Part shown: one piece after another, positions 1-9,181 of the stretch
Numbering within the stretch: position 1 is the stretch's first letter
Layout: the number at the start of each line of letters is the position of its first letter
Source: Promethearchaeota archaeon
Lineage (GTDB): Archaea; Asgardarchaeota; Lokiarchaeia; Sigyniarchaeales; SOKP01
NCBI GenBank assembly: GCA_008080735.1
Contig: SHMW01000053.1
Location: forward strand, 394 to 28,741
Reading direction: 5' to 3'
DNA: 28,348 nt
Notes under the pieces: model-generated
What the model was told of the DNA's origin: nothing
What the model saw: only the letters and a program-made list of their open reading frames with translations
The model's database searches: none
Position numbers and translations under genes: made by a program

Positions 1-68
1 ATCGTAGTTAATTTTTAAAAAAAAGAGAAGTATTTCTTTTAAAAAAAGTCTAAAGAAAGAAAATTAAC

Positions 69-1598
69 CTAGAATTTGTCAGTATCGGCATACCAATCTG
101 GATACCATTCATAATACTCTTTTGGAAACGCTTTTTGAAGTCCTTTGTAGGTTGCTTTCACAAGCTCGATATTCCCTCCTCGATCTCGATGGGTAACCAC
201 CAGTCCTTGTTCTTCTAATGATTCGATTACCCTTTTGGTTTTTGATCGACTTCCTCCAATATCATCCCGCGCATCATCCAAAGTCATATACAGACCCGGA
301 TTTACTTTATAATCATGGGCAATGACTTTAAGGAGATTCTCATCGGTTAATTCTAAGTCCTTGAATTGTGAATCTACTTTTGAGACAACAGGAGCATTCA
401 CCTCTTCATTCCATCTCATCCTTACGGAAGCATTATAATCCGGTAACATGGATGCAAAGCGATAAATAATTAATTTCTGAATCTCAGTGGTACCAGCAAC
501 AATCTCTCCAATTTTTCCCTCACGCATCAATCTTTCCGCATAATAGAATTTAGTAAGTCCGTCCCCACCCATAACTTGTATCGCTTTTTCTCCTGCTTCT
601 CGAACCCACTCTGATACTTCCATTTTTGCTATTGCCGCATTTATCATAGGTTCTTTTCCATCATCCAGTTCTTTAGCACAATAATAGGAGAATATCCGTC
701 CCATTCTATATCTTGATATTATTTCTGCGATTTTTTCTTGATTCCCTTGAAGCCGATTGGTTTGCCTTCGAAATTGAACTCTGCGGCGTGTATAATGGAA
801 TAATAACCGAATAATATCCTTTAAAGTACCCACAAACACTGCTCCAGCAATTAATCGCTCAAAATTTAATCCCGCCATCATGACATTCCACCCTTTTCCT
901 ACTGGTCCAATACGATTCTCATCTGGAATTCTCACATCTTCGAAACTTAGATATCCATTCGGAACATTCTCAAAACCTATTAGGGGATTTATACGTTCTA
1001 AAGAAAATCCTGGAGTACCTTTTTCTACTAAAAATGATGTGAGATGAGAATATTGTTTCGTATCTGAAGGATCATCGCTCGTTTTGGCGTAGATAAAATA
1101 TCTGTCCGAAACTCCAGCACCCGTTATATATCTTTTTTTGCCATTTATAATCCACTCATCGCCGTCCTTTTCTGCGGTTGTCATAACATTAGCAGCATCA
1201 GATCCAGCAAAAGGTTCAGTAATGCAAACAGCACCCAACTCCTCTCCTTTGGCAAGTTGTGGTAACCATTTTTCTTTTTGCTCATCAGTCGCGTATCGTA
1301 AAATTTGTTCTAAGCCTGCTAACATACTCACCACAAATACATGACCCACGGAATATAATCTCCCTAATTGCTCGGCTACAATACAAGATCCAGTCGCGCC
1401 CAATTCCATTCCTCCGTATTCCTTTGGTATTCCTACACCGAAGTATCCCTCTTTTGCGACTTTTTTCACTAAATCCCAAGGGAATTCTTTTTTCCAATAA
1501 TATTCTTCCGCAGCAGTAAAATTTTCTTCTACAAATTTCTCCACTTTTTTCGCGATTTCTCTTTGATCCTCAGTCCACCAAAAATATGGCTCACTCAT
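69..1598 (-). CDS. Acyl-CoA dehydrogenase (isovaleryl-CoA DH-like active-site layout) with C-terminal winged-helix extension
   Basis: ACAD motifs ITEPFAGSDA, INGKKRYIT, RVQF and AIQVMGGDG. EIVAGTTEIQ has Ala at the usual catalytic Glu position, while GLNFERL carries the IVD/LCAD-type Glu. An extra ~125 aa ends in a wHTH-like segment (IESLEEQGLV...KATYKG). Confidence 0.9.
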   Translation of the reverse strand: MSEPYFWWTEDQREIAKKVEKFVEENFTAAEEYYWKKEFPWDLVKKVAKEGYFGVGIPKEYGGMELGATGSCIVAEQLGRLYSVGHVFVVSMLAGLEQILRYATDEQKEKWLPQLAKGEELGAVCITEPFAGSDAANVMTTAEKDGDEWIINGKKRYITGAGVSDRYFIYAKTSDDPSDTKQYSHLTSFLVEKGTPGFSLERINPLIGFENVPNGYLSFEDVRIPDENRIGPVGKGWNVMMAGLNFERLIAGAVFVGTLKDIIRLLFHYTRRRVQFRRQTNRLQGNQEKIAEIISRYRMGRIFSYYCAKELDDGKEPMINAAIAKMEVSEWVREAGEKAIQVMGGDGLTKFYYAERLMREGKIGEIVAGTTEIQKLIIYRFASMLPDYNASVRMRWNEEVNAPVVSKVDSQFKDLELTDENLLKVIAHDYKVNPGLYMTLDDARDDIGGSRSKTKRVIESLEEQGLVVTHRDRGGNIELVKATYKGLQKAFPKEYYEWYPDWYADTDKF

Positions 1599-1628
1599 GT
1601 TTTGCTCATTTTTTTATTCTTATTTTGT

Positions 1629-1663
1629 TTTCAATTTGAAATAATATATTTTCAGTTTTGAAA
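1629..1663. promoter_or_regulatory. Tandem inverted repeats, candidate operator upstream of the ACAD gene
   Basis: TTTCAA-T-TTGAAA (1629-1641) and TTTCA-GTTT-TGAAA (1650-1663) lie 31-65 bp upstream of the ACAD start in a divergent intergenic region. Confidence 0.3.
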
Positions 1664-1884
1664 TTATTAAATGTTTAAAAAATTCTCAAATCTTAGAATC
1701 AAAACAAAGCCAAATCTAATAGAATCTATTTTCTATATACCAAAATTTAATTAGTGTATTTTATATGAAATTAATAATTGATTAACCCTCAAACATATTA
1801 TGTGAGAGTGATTCTCCTATTTCAGTTCCAGCGTCATTAAGGGAAGGACCACGGACTACAAATACTCTGGCAAAGAAAAGATAT

Positions 1885-3432
1885 TTGATAATTTATATTT
1901 TAATTATGGTTCTCGGGGCACAACCACCAATATTTTGGATTTGGTTTTATTGGAGTTATATAGGAGGATTTTCCGTTCTTTTTTTCTTATTGTTCCCAAT
2001 TGCCTTACTTGGAGCAATTTTTCTTCTTATTATAAGTTCTGCTGTTATATCTAGGTTTTTCCTGGCTATAGCCAATATTATCCATCCACCTCGGGAAGGT
2101 GTGTTTCCGCGAAGTACGAAAGATAAAGATTATTGCTATTGGAGTTTACGGGCAGTAATAAAGAAGTGGCCGATATGGATAGCTAGGCAATTATCAATAC
2201 ATTATATCGAAACGATTTTACTGAGGATCTATGGTGTCAAAGTAGGAAAAATGGTATCACTTCATGAAGGTTGGGTAGATACGGAATTAATAGAACTCGG
2301 AAATGATGTAAGACTTGGTCAAGGGAGTTTAATTTTGTCGAGTTTTCTTGCTAATAATAAACTAATACTTAAAAAAACGGTTATAGAAGATGGTGTTATC
2401 ATCGGAGCTCATTCCGTAGTATTTCCAGGAACTAAAATAGAACATAATACTATTTTGGACTCACTATCGACTACTACAGTAGGTCAAACACTCGAAAATG
2501 AAGCTGTTTATAGAGATAGTCCTTGTAAGAAAGTTTTTAAAAACCCACATATAAAAAATGAAAACGTTTTTCAGGAAATGGTATTTAGGCAACATGATAA
2601 GGAGAGATATGAAGAAGAGGATCTAAGAGAAGAGGCAAAAGAATTAGCGGTACCGTTCCATTTATACATTTCTTCGGGATGGGCAATTATTGGGTTTTCG
2701 TATATCATACCTGGTTTTTTATTTTATCTATATCTATTTGGGTTATTGGAACCTTATTTATTCTCCATTCCAATAACCATTATATCCTTTACTAGTTTAA
2801 AAAACTGGATAATGATAATTACATTGCCAGTAATTTTGATTTGTTTATATCTACTCCATCTGGTTTTTGTGGCAATATTTACTCGTTTCTTTTATTCCTT
2901 TGCTGATAAACGAGGACCAGCGCAAGGAATTTTTGATAGAAATCTGAATGAAGAATCGAATGTATTGGACTACTATCATTTTCGTTCATTTTTGTTCAAA
3001 TACCCCATATTTGCGTTCATTCGTTCACCTTTTCCTTGGTTGATTAATTGGGAGTTGCGATTTTTGGGATCCAATAAGATAGGAAAAGGAACGGTCATTG
3101 AAGAGGCATATCTTCACAGTCATATCCATCTGGGTAAAGAATGCTATCTTGGAACATTTACCCACTTGACTAATCATCTCGTTGACGGAGTTTATGGAGA
3201 AGAAAATTTGACTTTCTTTGGAGCTGAGGTAGAGGATAATTCAATTTTCGAGGCTTTGACAGGAACACTCCCGGGCACCAAGGTCGGTAAGAATTCGACA
3301 TTTATTCCGATCGGCTCTACCGTCAAATTTGATGAACTCAAGGGAGATGGAATTTATTTTGGATTCCCAGCTAAAAAACTAACTAAAGAAGAGAAAGGTC
3401 GATATTTGGGGGATGAGTTTGCAGATGAATGA
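1885..3432 (+). CDS. Membrane protein with two [TM hairpin + hexapeptide/left-handed beta-helix] modules; Pls/NRPS terminal-domain-like acyltransferase
   Basis: Two copies of hydrophobic helices, then PxxG(V/I)F...DY..., then hexapeptide repeats (GVKVGKMV...IEDGVIIGAHSVVFPGTKI; NKIGKGTVI...LPGTKVGKNS...YFGFPAK). The start is uncertain: the frame is open from 1786 and the called start is a TTG. Confidence 0.75.
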   Translation: MIIYILIMVLGAQPPIFWIWFYWSYIGGFSVLFFLLFPIALLGAIFLLIISSAVISRFFLAIANIIHPPREGVFPRSTKDKDYCYWSLRAVIKKWPIWIARQLSIHYIETILLRIYGVKVGKMVSLHEGWVDTELIELGNDVRLGQGSLILSSFLANNKLILKKTVIEDGVIIGAHSVVFPGTKIEHNTILDSLSTTTVGQTLENEAVYRDSPCKKVFKNPHIKNENVFQEMVFRQHDKERYEEEDLREEAKELAVPFHLYISSGWAIIGFSYIIPGFLFYLYLFGLLEPYLFSIPITIISFTSLKNWIMIITLPVILICLYLLHLVFVAIFTRFFYSFADKRGPAQGIFDRNLNEESNVLDYYHFRSFLFKYPIFAFIRSPFPWLINWELRFLGSNKIGKGTVIEEAYLHSHIHLGKECYLGTFTHLTNHLVDGVYGEENLTFFGAEVEDNSIFEALTGTLPGTKVGKNSTFIPIGSTVKFDELKGDGIYFGFPAKKLTKEEKGRYLGDEFADE

Positions 3433-4282
3433 ATCAAATAATTCAGAAGATCTTGAAGAAATTGAGGACTTAAATAATGTTGATATTTCCCAGTATCCAA
3501 TTACTACAAGTGCGATTATATATCCTAAAATGGGGGTTATTCTTCAAATAATTCTCCATTCACTTTCTTTTTTAATGCCATGCGCTTTTATATTAACTTT
3601 TTTTCAATCTGCCATGGGATCAAATTATTTTCACTGGAGAATTCTACTATTCTTTATTGATATTATGGCTTATTGGGGTCTTTATTTAATCTCAAGTCTA
3701 TTATTTGGCAAATTAACCTTAATTATTTTGAAATTATTCCATGAACCAAGGCAAGGGATTTTTGAAGCTAGTTTTAAAAATCGAGATTATTACTTTTTTT
3801 GTCTAAGAGTTTCTGTGAAAAAATTTGTGTTTTGGATATGGAATAACTTTTGTTTTCCATGGGTCACCAATTTTGCATTTAAAGTATGTGAGATGCGTGC
3901 GGATTTCAAATCCACTTTATTCGATGGTTGGTCCGATGTGGAGTTTATGGAATTTGGGGAAAATATTATGCTGGGACAGGGTGCTGTGGTTTCTTCAAGT
4001 ATTATTATCGGGAACCATCTTCTGATAAAAAAAGTTATAATCGGAGATCACGTTGTTCTGGGAGGTAATTGCATAGTCGCTCCAGGAACTATCATCGGAA
4101 AGAGTACTACGCTGGGAGTTTGGGCAATTACTCACATTAATCAAGTACTCGAGCCAGGATGGATTTATGTGGGAAGACCAGCGAGAAAATATCAAAAGGC
4201 AGAAAGAAGCAAAGAAATGAGCCATAAAGAGCCCTCTAGAAGGATCGTTGATACGGGAGAGAAAAAAATTTATAAATTTTAA
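3413..4282 (+). CDS. Membrane protein with one [TM hairpin + left-handed beta-helix] module, paralogous to the upstream gene
   Basis: HEPRQGIF...RDYYFFCLR, then DGWSDVEFMEFGENIMLGQGAVV...IGDHVVLGGNCIVAPGTIIG...YVGRPAR. It overlaps the upstream stop (ATG at 3413 or 3425), suggesting translational coupling. Confidence 0.8.
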   Translation: MSLQMNESNNSEDLEEIEDLNNVDISQYPITTSAIIYPKMGVILQIILHSLSFLMPCAFILTFFQSAMGSNYFHWRILLFFIDIMAYWGLYLISSLLFGKLTLIILKLFHEPRQGIFEASFKNRDYYFFCLRVSVKKFVFWIWNNFCFPWVTNFAFKVCEMRADFKSTLFDGWSDVEFMEFGENIMLGQGAVVSSSIIIGNHLLIKKVIIGDHVVLGGNCIVAPGTIIGKSTTLGVWAITHINQVLEPGWIYVGRPARKYQKAERSKEMSHKEPSRRIVDTGEKKIYKF

Positions 4283-4432
4283 CTTATTAAAATTGGGTTT
4301 TAATAGTAATAATAATAATTTCCCAATAGTCTTTCTTCTTAAGAGAGGGGTCTATTATTTTATATAAACTTAAGGATTTTTATTAGATAAAAAGAAATAT
4401 TATACTAATAAAAATAAATTTTGAAAATAATT

Positions 4433-5863
4433 ATGAGTGAAAAAGAAAGAAAAGAAGTCTCACCGACAATTAGATTTAGCACGAAAAAAAGATTATATTG
4501 GGGTTTAGCTAGTTTGGGTGGAGCGACTATAAATGGTATATATGCTTCGATGCTCTCAATATTTGTTATTGATTATCTTGGATTAGTACAAGCAGAAACC
4601 ATAGTCTATACTCTTTCAATAATATATTTGATAGTAAATGCTTTAAATGATCCTCTTGTTGGTATTTGGTCGGATAAATCTAGAGCTGAGAAAGGGAGAA
4701 GAATACCTTTTATGAGATATACTGCACCATTTTTTGCTATATCTTTCATATTGATTTGGTTTGCACCAGGTACAATATTTCCAGATATTTGGATTTTTGT
4801 GTGGTTGGTCATTACAACAGCCCTCTATGATACCGCATACACTATAATTTTTCTTCTATATTCTGCTTTATTACCTGAAATTACTGAAAATGAAAAAGAA
4901 AGAAACAGTCTTCAAGTTTTTGCATCATTTTTTAATTTAATCGGTCAAATTTTAGGATTTATCATTCCTGATTTATTCAGAAATGTTGAATCTCTATTCC
5001 CTTTCAGAATGGCTATGGTAGCTGTTGGAGTTTTAGGGTCAGCTTTAATACTATTCATGACTTATCAGTTTAAAGAGCGACCAGAATTTACTAAAGTTGA
5101 TGAACCATTAGGTGTTATCGATTCCCTGAAATACACATTTAAAAGTAGATCCTTCGTTTCTCTTGTATCTGCTAATTTCTTTCAGATTTTGATGCAATCC
5201 TTAGTTATCGGGTCTGTGTTTTATTTAGCGGACTATGTTTTAGAAACCCAAACAATAATATTATTGGTATTTATTTTTCTTCCTTTGATTTTAGGGATTT
5301 GGATCACTCCAAAATTGATTGATAAATTTGGAGTATTAAGAGCAGATCAACTCTTATTGGTTCTTGGAGGAATTGGGTTAATTTTATTAATATTTATGCC
5401 GGACCTAATAACAATCGGATTAAGCCTTGCAATTGCAGGAATAGGGTTTGTTGGTCCACTCGTTTATACCAATGTGTTATTCGCTCAAGTAGCTGATGAA
5501 GATGAGTTAAAATCTGGAGTAAGAAGAGAAGGTGTATTTTTCGGTATTAATGCTTTAATAACCAAACCCGCTCAAAGTTTTGCGTTGATAATTCCTGCTG
5601 CGCTATTATCTTTGGCCGGTTTTATCCCAAGAGATTTGACAGGTGGTGTACCTCAACCAGATCTTCAACCAGACGCTGTATTTCTTGCTATAAGAATATT
5701 CATAGGACTTATACCGGGAATATGTTTGTTACTTGCGGCTGCGATTCTTCAACTTTATCCCTTAAAAGGTGAATACTGGGAAGAAGTACAAGAAAAGGTA
5801 CTGGAGTTGCATGAAGAAAAAAGAAAGAAATTAGAAGAAATCGAAAGAGAAGAAAAGAAATAG
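4433..5863 (+). CDS. MFS transporter, glycoside-pentoside-hexuronide (MelB/MFS_2) family
   Basis: NALNDPLVGIWSDKSR..GRRIPF, YSALLPEIT..ER and DEDELKSGVRREGVFFG motifs, with ~12 TM segments. ATG at 4433 is preferred over TTG at 4421. Confidence 0.9.
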   Translation: MSEKERKEVSPTIRFSTKKRLYWGLASLGGATINGIYASMLSIFVIDYLGLVQAETIVYTLSIIYLIVNALNDPLVGIWSDKSRAEKGRRIPFMRYTAPFFAISFILIWFAPGTIFPDIWIFVWLVITTALYDTAYTIIFLLYSALLPEITENEKERNSLQVFASFFNLIGQILGFIIPDLFRNVESLFPFRMAMVAVGVLGSALILFMTYQFKERPEFTKVDEPLGVIDSLKYTFKSRSFVSLVSANFFQILMQSLVIGSVFYLADYVLETQTIILLVFIFLPLILGIWITPKLIDKFGVLRADQLLLVLGGIGLILLIFMPDLITIGLSLAIAGIGFVGPLVYTNVLFAQVADEDELKSGVRREGVFFGINALITKPAQSFALIIPAALLSLAGFIPRDLTGGVPQPDLQPDAVFLAIRIFIGLIPGICLLLAAAILQLYPLKGEYWEEVQEKVLELHEEKRKKLEEIEREEKK

Positions 5864-5896
5864 CTTACTACCTTTTTGGTTTAAATTATATAATTT

Positions 5897-6568
5897 TTAT
5901 TTTTTTAATCCTTTTTTTTCCAACTGTTTTGAATATTCCACCCACCTATCTTTTTCGCCTGGTTTTTTTTCCTCTATAACGAATTCGCAACAGTCTGCTC
6001 CGGCAGGAATAGTGGACTTAAAATAGATCTGGTAATCAATATCTTTAAAGACATTTTCGCGGAAATAATCAACTATTCCTTGAACAAAATATCTTTGAAC
6101 TCGGCAATCAAATGCAGAATAGACATCTTGAAGGGGACACCAAAGAATATCAAATGAGCACTTTTCTTCACTCTCTATTCTGGGGTCTTCTATTGAGGTC
6201 CAAGCTTGGGTGTTTATTATAGTCGCTAAAAAGCTCATCAATTCAATATCGGAAATATCGGGGGGAATTTTATCCGGATCTATCATCTGTGCCCCTACTT
6301 CATATCCTGTTTTAATTAATGCCTCTTGAACAACTTTTTGACCTTCTTTTCCCAATTTTTTTTCCGCTTTTTTCAAAATATTAATTATTCCTTTGGACAT
6401 AAACAATCCGAATTGTAATAACGCACTTGGATCAAAATCGTCTCGAGATTCGACCTCTTCTCGGAAGCGATCCAATGCGTTTTTAAATGGTTCTCTTAAC
6501 GCGATTTTAGCTTTTTGCCAGCTCTTCTCTTTTCGTTCTGCACCTTTTAAAATCCCTTTATCAATCAT
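5897..6568 (-). CDS. V4R/ATC-hydrolase-like small-ligand-binding protein
   Basis: The Cys pattern F.ILWCP...DC...STIPAGADCCEF is typical of V4R-fold proteins. Confidence 0.55.
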   Translation of the reverse strand: MIDKGILKGAERKEKSWQKAKIALREPFKNALDRFREEVESRDDFDPSALLQFGLFMSKGIINILKKAEKKLGKEGQKVVQEALIKTGYEVGAQMIDPDKIPPDISDIELMSFLATIINTQAWTSIEDPRIESEEKCSFDILWCPLQDVYSAFDCRVQRYFVQGIVDYFRENVFKDIDYQIYFKSTIPAGADCCEFVIEEKKPGEKDRWVEYSKQLEKKGLKK

Positions 6569-6710
6569 AATTCATTTCCATTTAGATTAATTTGAATAAT
6601 ATGATTAATAATTAGAAGAGAAGCATTAAAATTTTAATTTTTGCGATTATAACTATCTGTAATGAAAAATATCTATTATTGAAAAATGCTAAATTATTTT
6701 TGAAAATATC

Positions 6711-7487
6711 ATGTTCCTTGATGATCCAAGAGTATCCCAAGTTGTCTTTTATCCCCGTAAGGTACAAGAACCCGAGGATTTGGACGAAAATCTTCAAGTT
6801 ATTAAATTGTCAATACACGATGATGTTTTAATCGGCGGTATTTTATATTTGAATGATAACCACCTTCCGACTATCTTACTATTTCATGGTAATGGGGAAA
6901 TTGCATTAGATTATGACTATTTCTATAAATTGTTTTTTGAATGTGGTGTAAATCTGGCTGTTATGGATTTCCGGGGATATGGCTTTAGTTCTCATGAGCC
7001 TACTTATACTAGTTTAATTAAGGATGCCATGCCTATTTATAATAGATTTAAGGAATATATGCTAAATCATGAATTAGAAGGCTCACTTTTCGTACAAGGG
7101 AGATCTTTGGGAAGTGTGTGCGCGGCAGAAATTGGTTCCCACAATCCTGAAGAATTAAAGGGAATTATATTCGAAAGTGGATTTGCAAGCATTTATAATA
7201 TGATGACCCGTCTATTTAATGTGTCCGGTCCAAATATAACTGAAAATGCACTTAAAGAATATTCTAATAAAATACGCGTGCAACAATTTGAAAAACCAAC
7301 GCTTATAATTCATGGAACAAATGATTGGATTATTCCAAATTCAGAGGCGCAATTAATATATGATTCTCTACCCGAGGATGTGGATAAAAAACTAATTATG
7401 ATTGAAGGTGCAGGCCATAATAATATCTTTTCCTATGAAAAAGACTATTTTAACACATTAAAGAGCTTCATTCGAAAATATCAGTAA
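6711..7487 (+). CDS. Alpha/beta hydrolase (ABHD13/ABHD17/Bem46-like)
   Basis: LLFHGNGE, DFRGYGFS, nucleophile GRSLGS, IHGTND (Asp) and GAGHNN (His). Confidence 0.9.
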   Translation: MFLDDPRVSQVVFYPRKVQEPEDLDENLQVIKLSIHDDVLIGGILYLNDNHLPTILLFHGNGEIALDYDYFYKLFFECGVNLAVMDFRGYGFSSHEPTYTSLIKDAMPIYNRFKEYMLNHELEGSLFVQGRSLGSVCAAEIGSHNPEELKGIIFESGFASIYNMMTRLFNVSGPNITENALKEYSNKIRVQQFEKPTLIIHGTNDWIIPNSEAQLIYDSLPEDVDKKLIMIEGAGHNNIFSYEKDYFNTLKSFIRKYQ

Positions 7488-7502
7488 GTAATCTTTTTCA
7501 AT

Positions 7503-8429
7503 CTAAATTTGACAAATCTTTTCGAAATCTTTAATCCGAGTTCGAAGGGTAACTTCAGTTATATTACTTAAATGGGAGATTTCTTTTTGTGTACGATGTT
7601 CATTACACATTTTAGAGCAAATATAGAGAGATGCTGCAGCGATTCCCTTGGGATCTTTTCCTGAAAAAAATAACCCGTTTCTTTTCGCATTTTTTACCAA
7701 TTTAATTGCAGAATTAATACATTTCATGGAGAGATTAAGATCTTGACCGAATTTAGATACATATGTAATAGGTGTTATCCTTTTAATTTTTAGATTAAAA
7801 TCTGGTAGAATTTCCCTACAGATTAACCTATAACTTTTTAGCATTTTCTTTTTGTCAACTTGAGAAACGTCCACAATTTCTTCTATTGTTCTTGGCACGC
7901 CATGGACTCTAATTGAGCAATAGATGGAAGCAGATAGTAGCATATCAATACTTCTCCCCATGGTTAATTTTTGTTTAACGGCTTGGGTATATATACGCAA
8001 TGAATCTTCAGCTACATGATCCGGAATTTTTAATTGCTTTTGTAGTCGTTGTAAATTAGGCAAGGCGATCCATAAGTTTCTTTCATAACTTGTCGTGAGA
8101 GATCGATGGATTTTTCCAAGTCGATTAAATTTAGATTTAAATTTAGGACTTAATAAGGAACCATAGGCATCTTTATTCCCGCGGATTACCGTACGAGGTC
8201 CAATCGGACTATAGACTCGTTCATTGGTCCTGCGAGCTAACATTTCTTCCCTTGTGAATGCTCTCCTCGGAGAATCATCGAAGGCTCTGTCCAAAATACA
8301 TCCACAATTCAAACAGACGTAATATCCATCTTCTTGGGAAATTTTGGGAGAATCACAACACGCACTCTCGTTTTCCTCATCTGAATTAATTTGTTTGTGA
8401 TGAATATCGTCCTTATTTCTTCCACTCAT
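7503..8429 (-). CDS. tfb: Transcription initiation factor IIB (TFB) paralog
   Basis: N-terminal Zn ribbon (CC...VCLNCG), ERNL..AL, and two cyclin repeats (GRS...SASIYCSIR..PRTIEEI; GKDPKGIAAASLYI..RTQKEI...TEVTLRTR). ATG at 8429 is preferred over 8471. Confidence 0.93.
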   Translation of the reverse strand: MSGRNKDDIHHKQINSDEENESACCDSPKISQEDGYYVCLNCGCILDRAFDDSPRRAFTREEMLARRTNERVYSPIGPRTVIRGNKDAYGSLLSPKFKSKFNRLGKIHRSLTTSYERNLWIALPNLQRLQKQLKIPDHVAEDSLRIYTQAVKQKLTMGRSIDMLLSASIYCSIRVHGVPRTIEEIVDVSQVDKKKMLKSYRLICREILPDFNLKIKRITPITYVSKFGQDLNLSMKCINSAIKLVKNAKRNGLFFSGKDPKGIAAASLYICSKMCNEHRTQKEISHLSNITEVTLRTRIKDFEKICQI

Positions 8430-8615
8430 TCGTATATTTACATGAAAATTTAGGCATATAAATTTAATCAATGAATTATAAATTTTTTTCCGAAATCCCT
8501 AGCAGAAAATAGTTAGTATTATCAAATTAAGAAATTATAACAAAAATATTTTAAACATAAAACAGTTTTTCGCCTATTAATAATGAACAACTCAATCAAT
8601 CATTAGGTGAAATAA

Positions 8616-9089
8616 ATGTATAAAAAAATTTTATTAGCAATGGATAGTTCCGATGACGCTCAGAGAGCAGCTCAAAAAGCAATTGAATTCAAAAAGCAGT
8701 GGGGTACGGAAGTTATCGCGTTCCATTCCACAGAGCATCATTTTATACCCCAAGAAATACCATTATCAAGTCAAATTTCGAATTTTACTCATTACTCCAT
8801 TCCCCCAAGTGCTTATAATGAGATCGAGAAGGCCTACAAAGAGCATGGGAAAGAAATTTTAGAAAAACTCAAAGAAAATTTTGCAAAAGAAGAGCTAGAA
8901 GTTGAGACACGACTAATATCATTAAAAAGACCCGCACAATATATTATTGAAATAGTGGAAAAAGAAAATATTGACCTTGTGATCTTGGGATGTAAAGGCG
9001 CTCATTCCAAGCTAAAAGAAGTTTTTATCGGTTCTGTAGCTCAGAGCGTAGTAAATAAAGCTCCATGCGACGTACTTGTGGTTAGATAA
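8616..9089 (+). CDS. Universal stress protein (UspA family)
   Basis: MYKKILLAMDSS...DLVILGCKG...IGSVAQSVVNKAPCDVLVVR. Confidence 0.93.
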   Translation: MYKKILLAMDSSDDAQRAAQKAIEFKKQWGTEVIAFHSTEHHFIPQEIPLSSQISNFTHYSIPPSAYNEIEKAYKEHGKEILEKLKENFAKEELEVETRLISLKRPAQYIIEIVEKENIDLVILGCKGAHSKLKEVFIGSVAQSVVNKAPCDVLVVR

Positions 9090-9181
9090 ATTTTAAATTT
9101 TTTATTATCTCTATTATTTTTTCTATAAGATTTATATTAAACGATTTATTTTGATTCTATATTAAATTAGGAGCAGATCTT

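Noticed and set aside
3413-3432. TGA readthrough fusing the two beta-helix membrane genes
   Set aside because: The genes are in different frames and overlap in the usual coupled start/stop manner.
4325-4356. Imperfect hairpin after the beta-helix operon
   Set aside because: It relies on several G-U pairs and mismatches, too weak to call a terminator or ncRNA.
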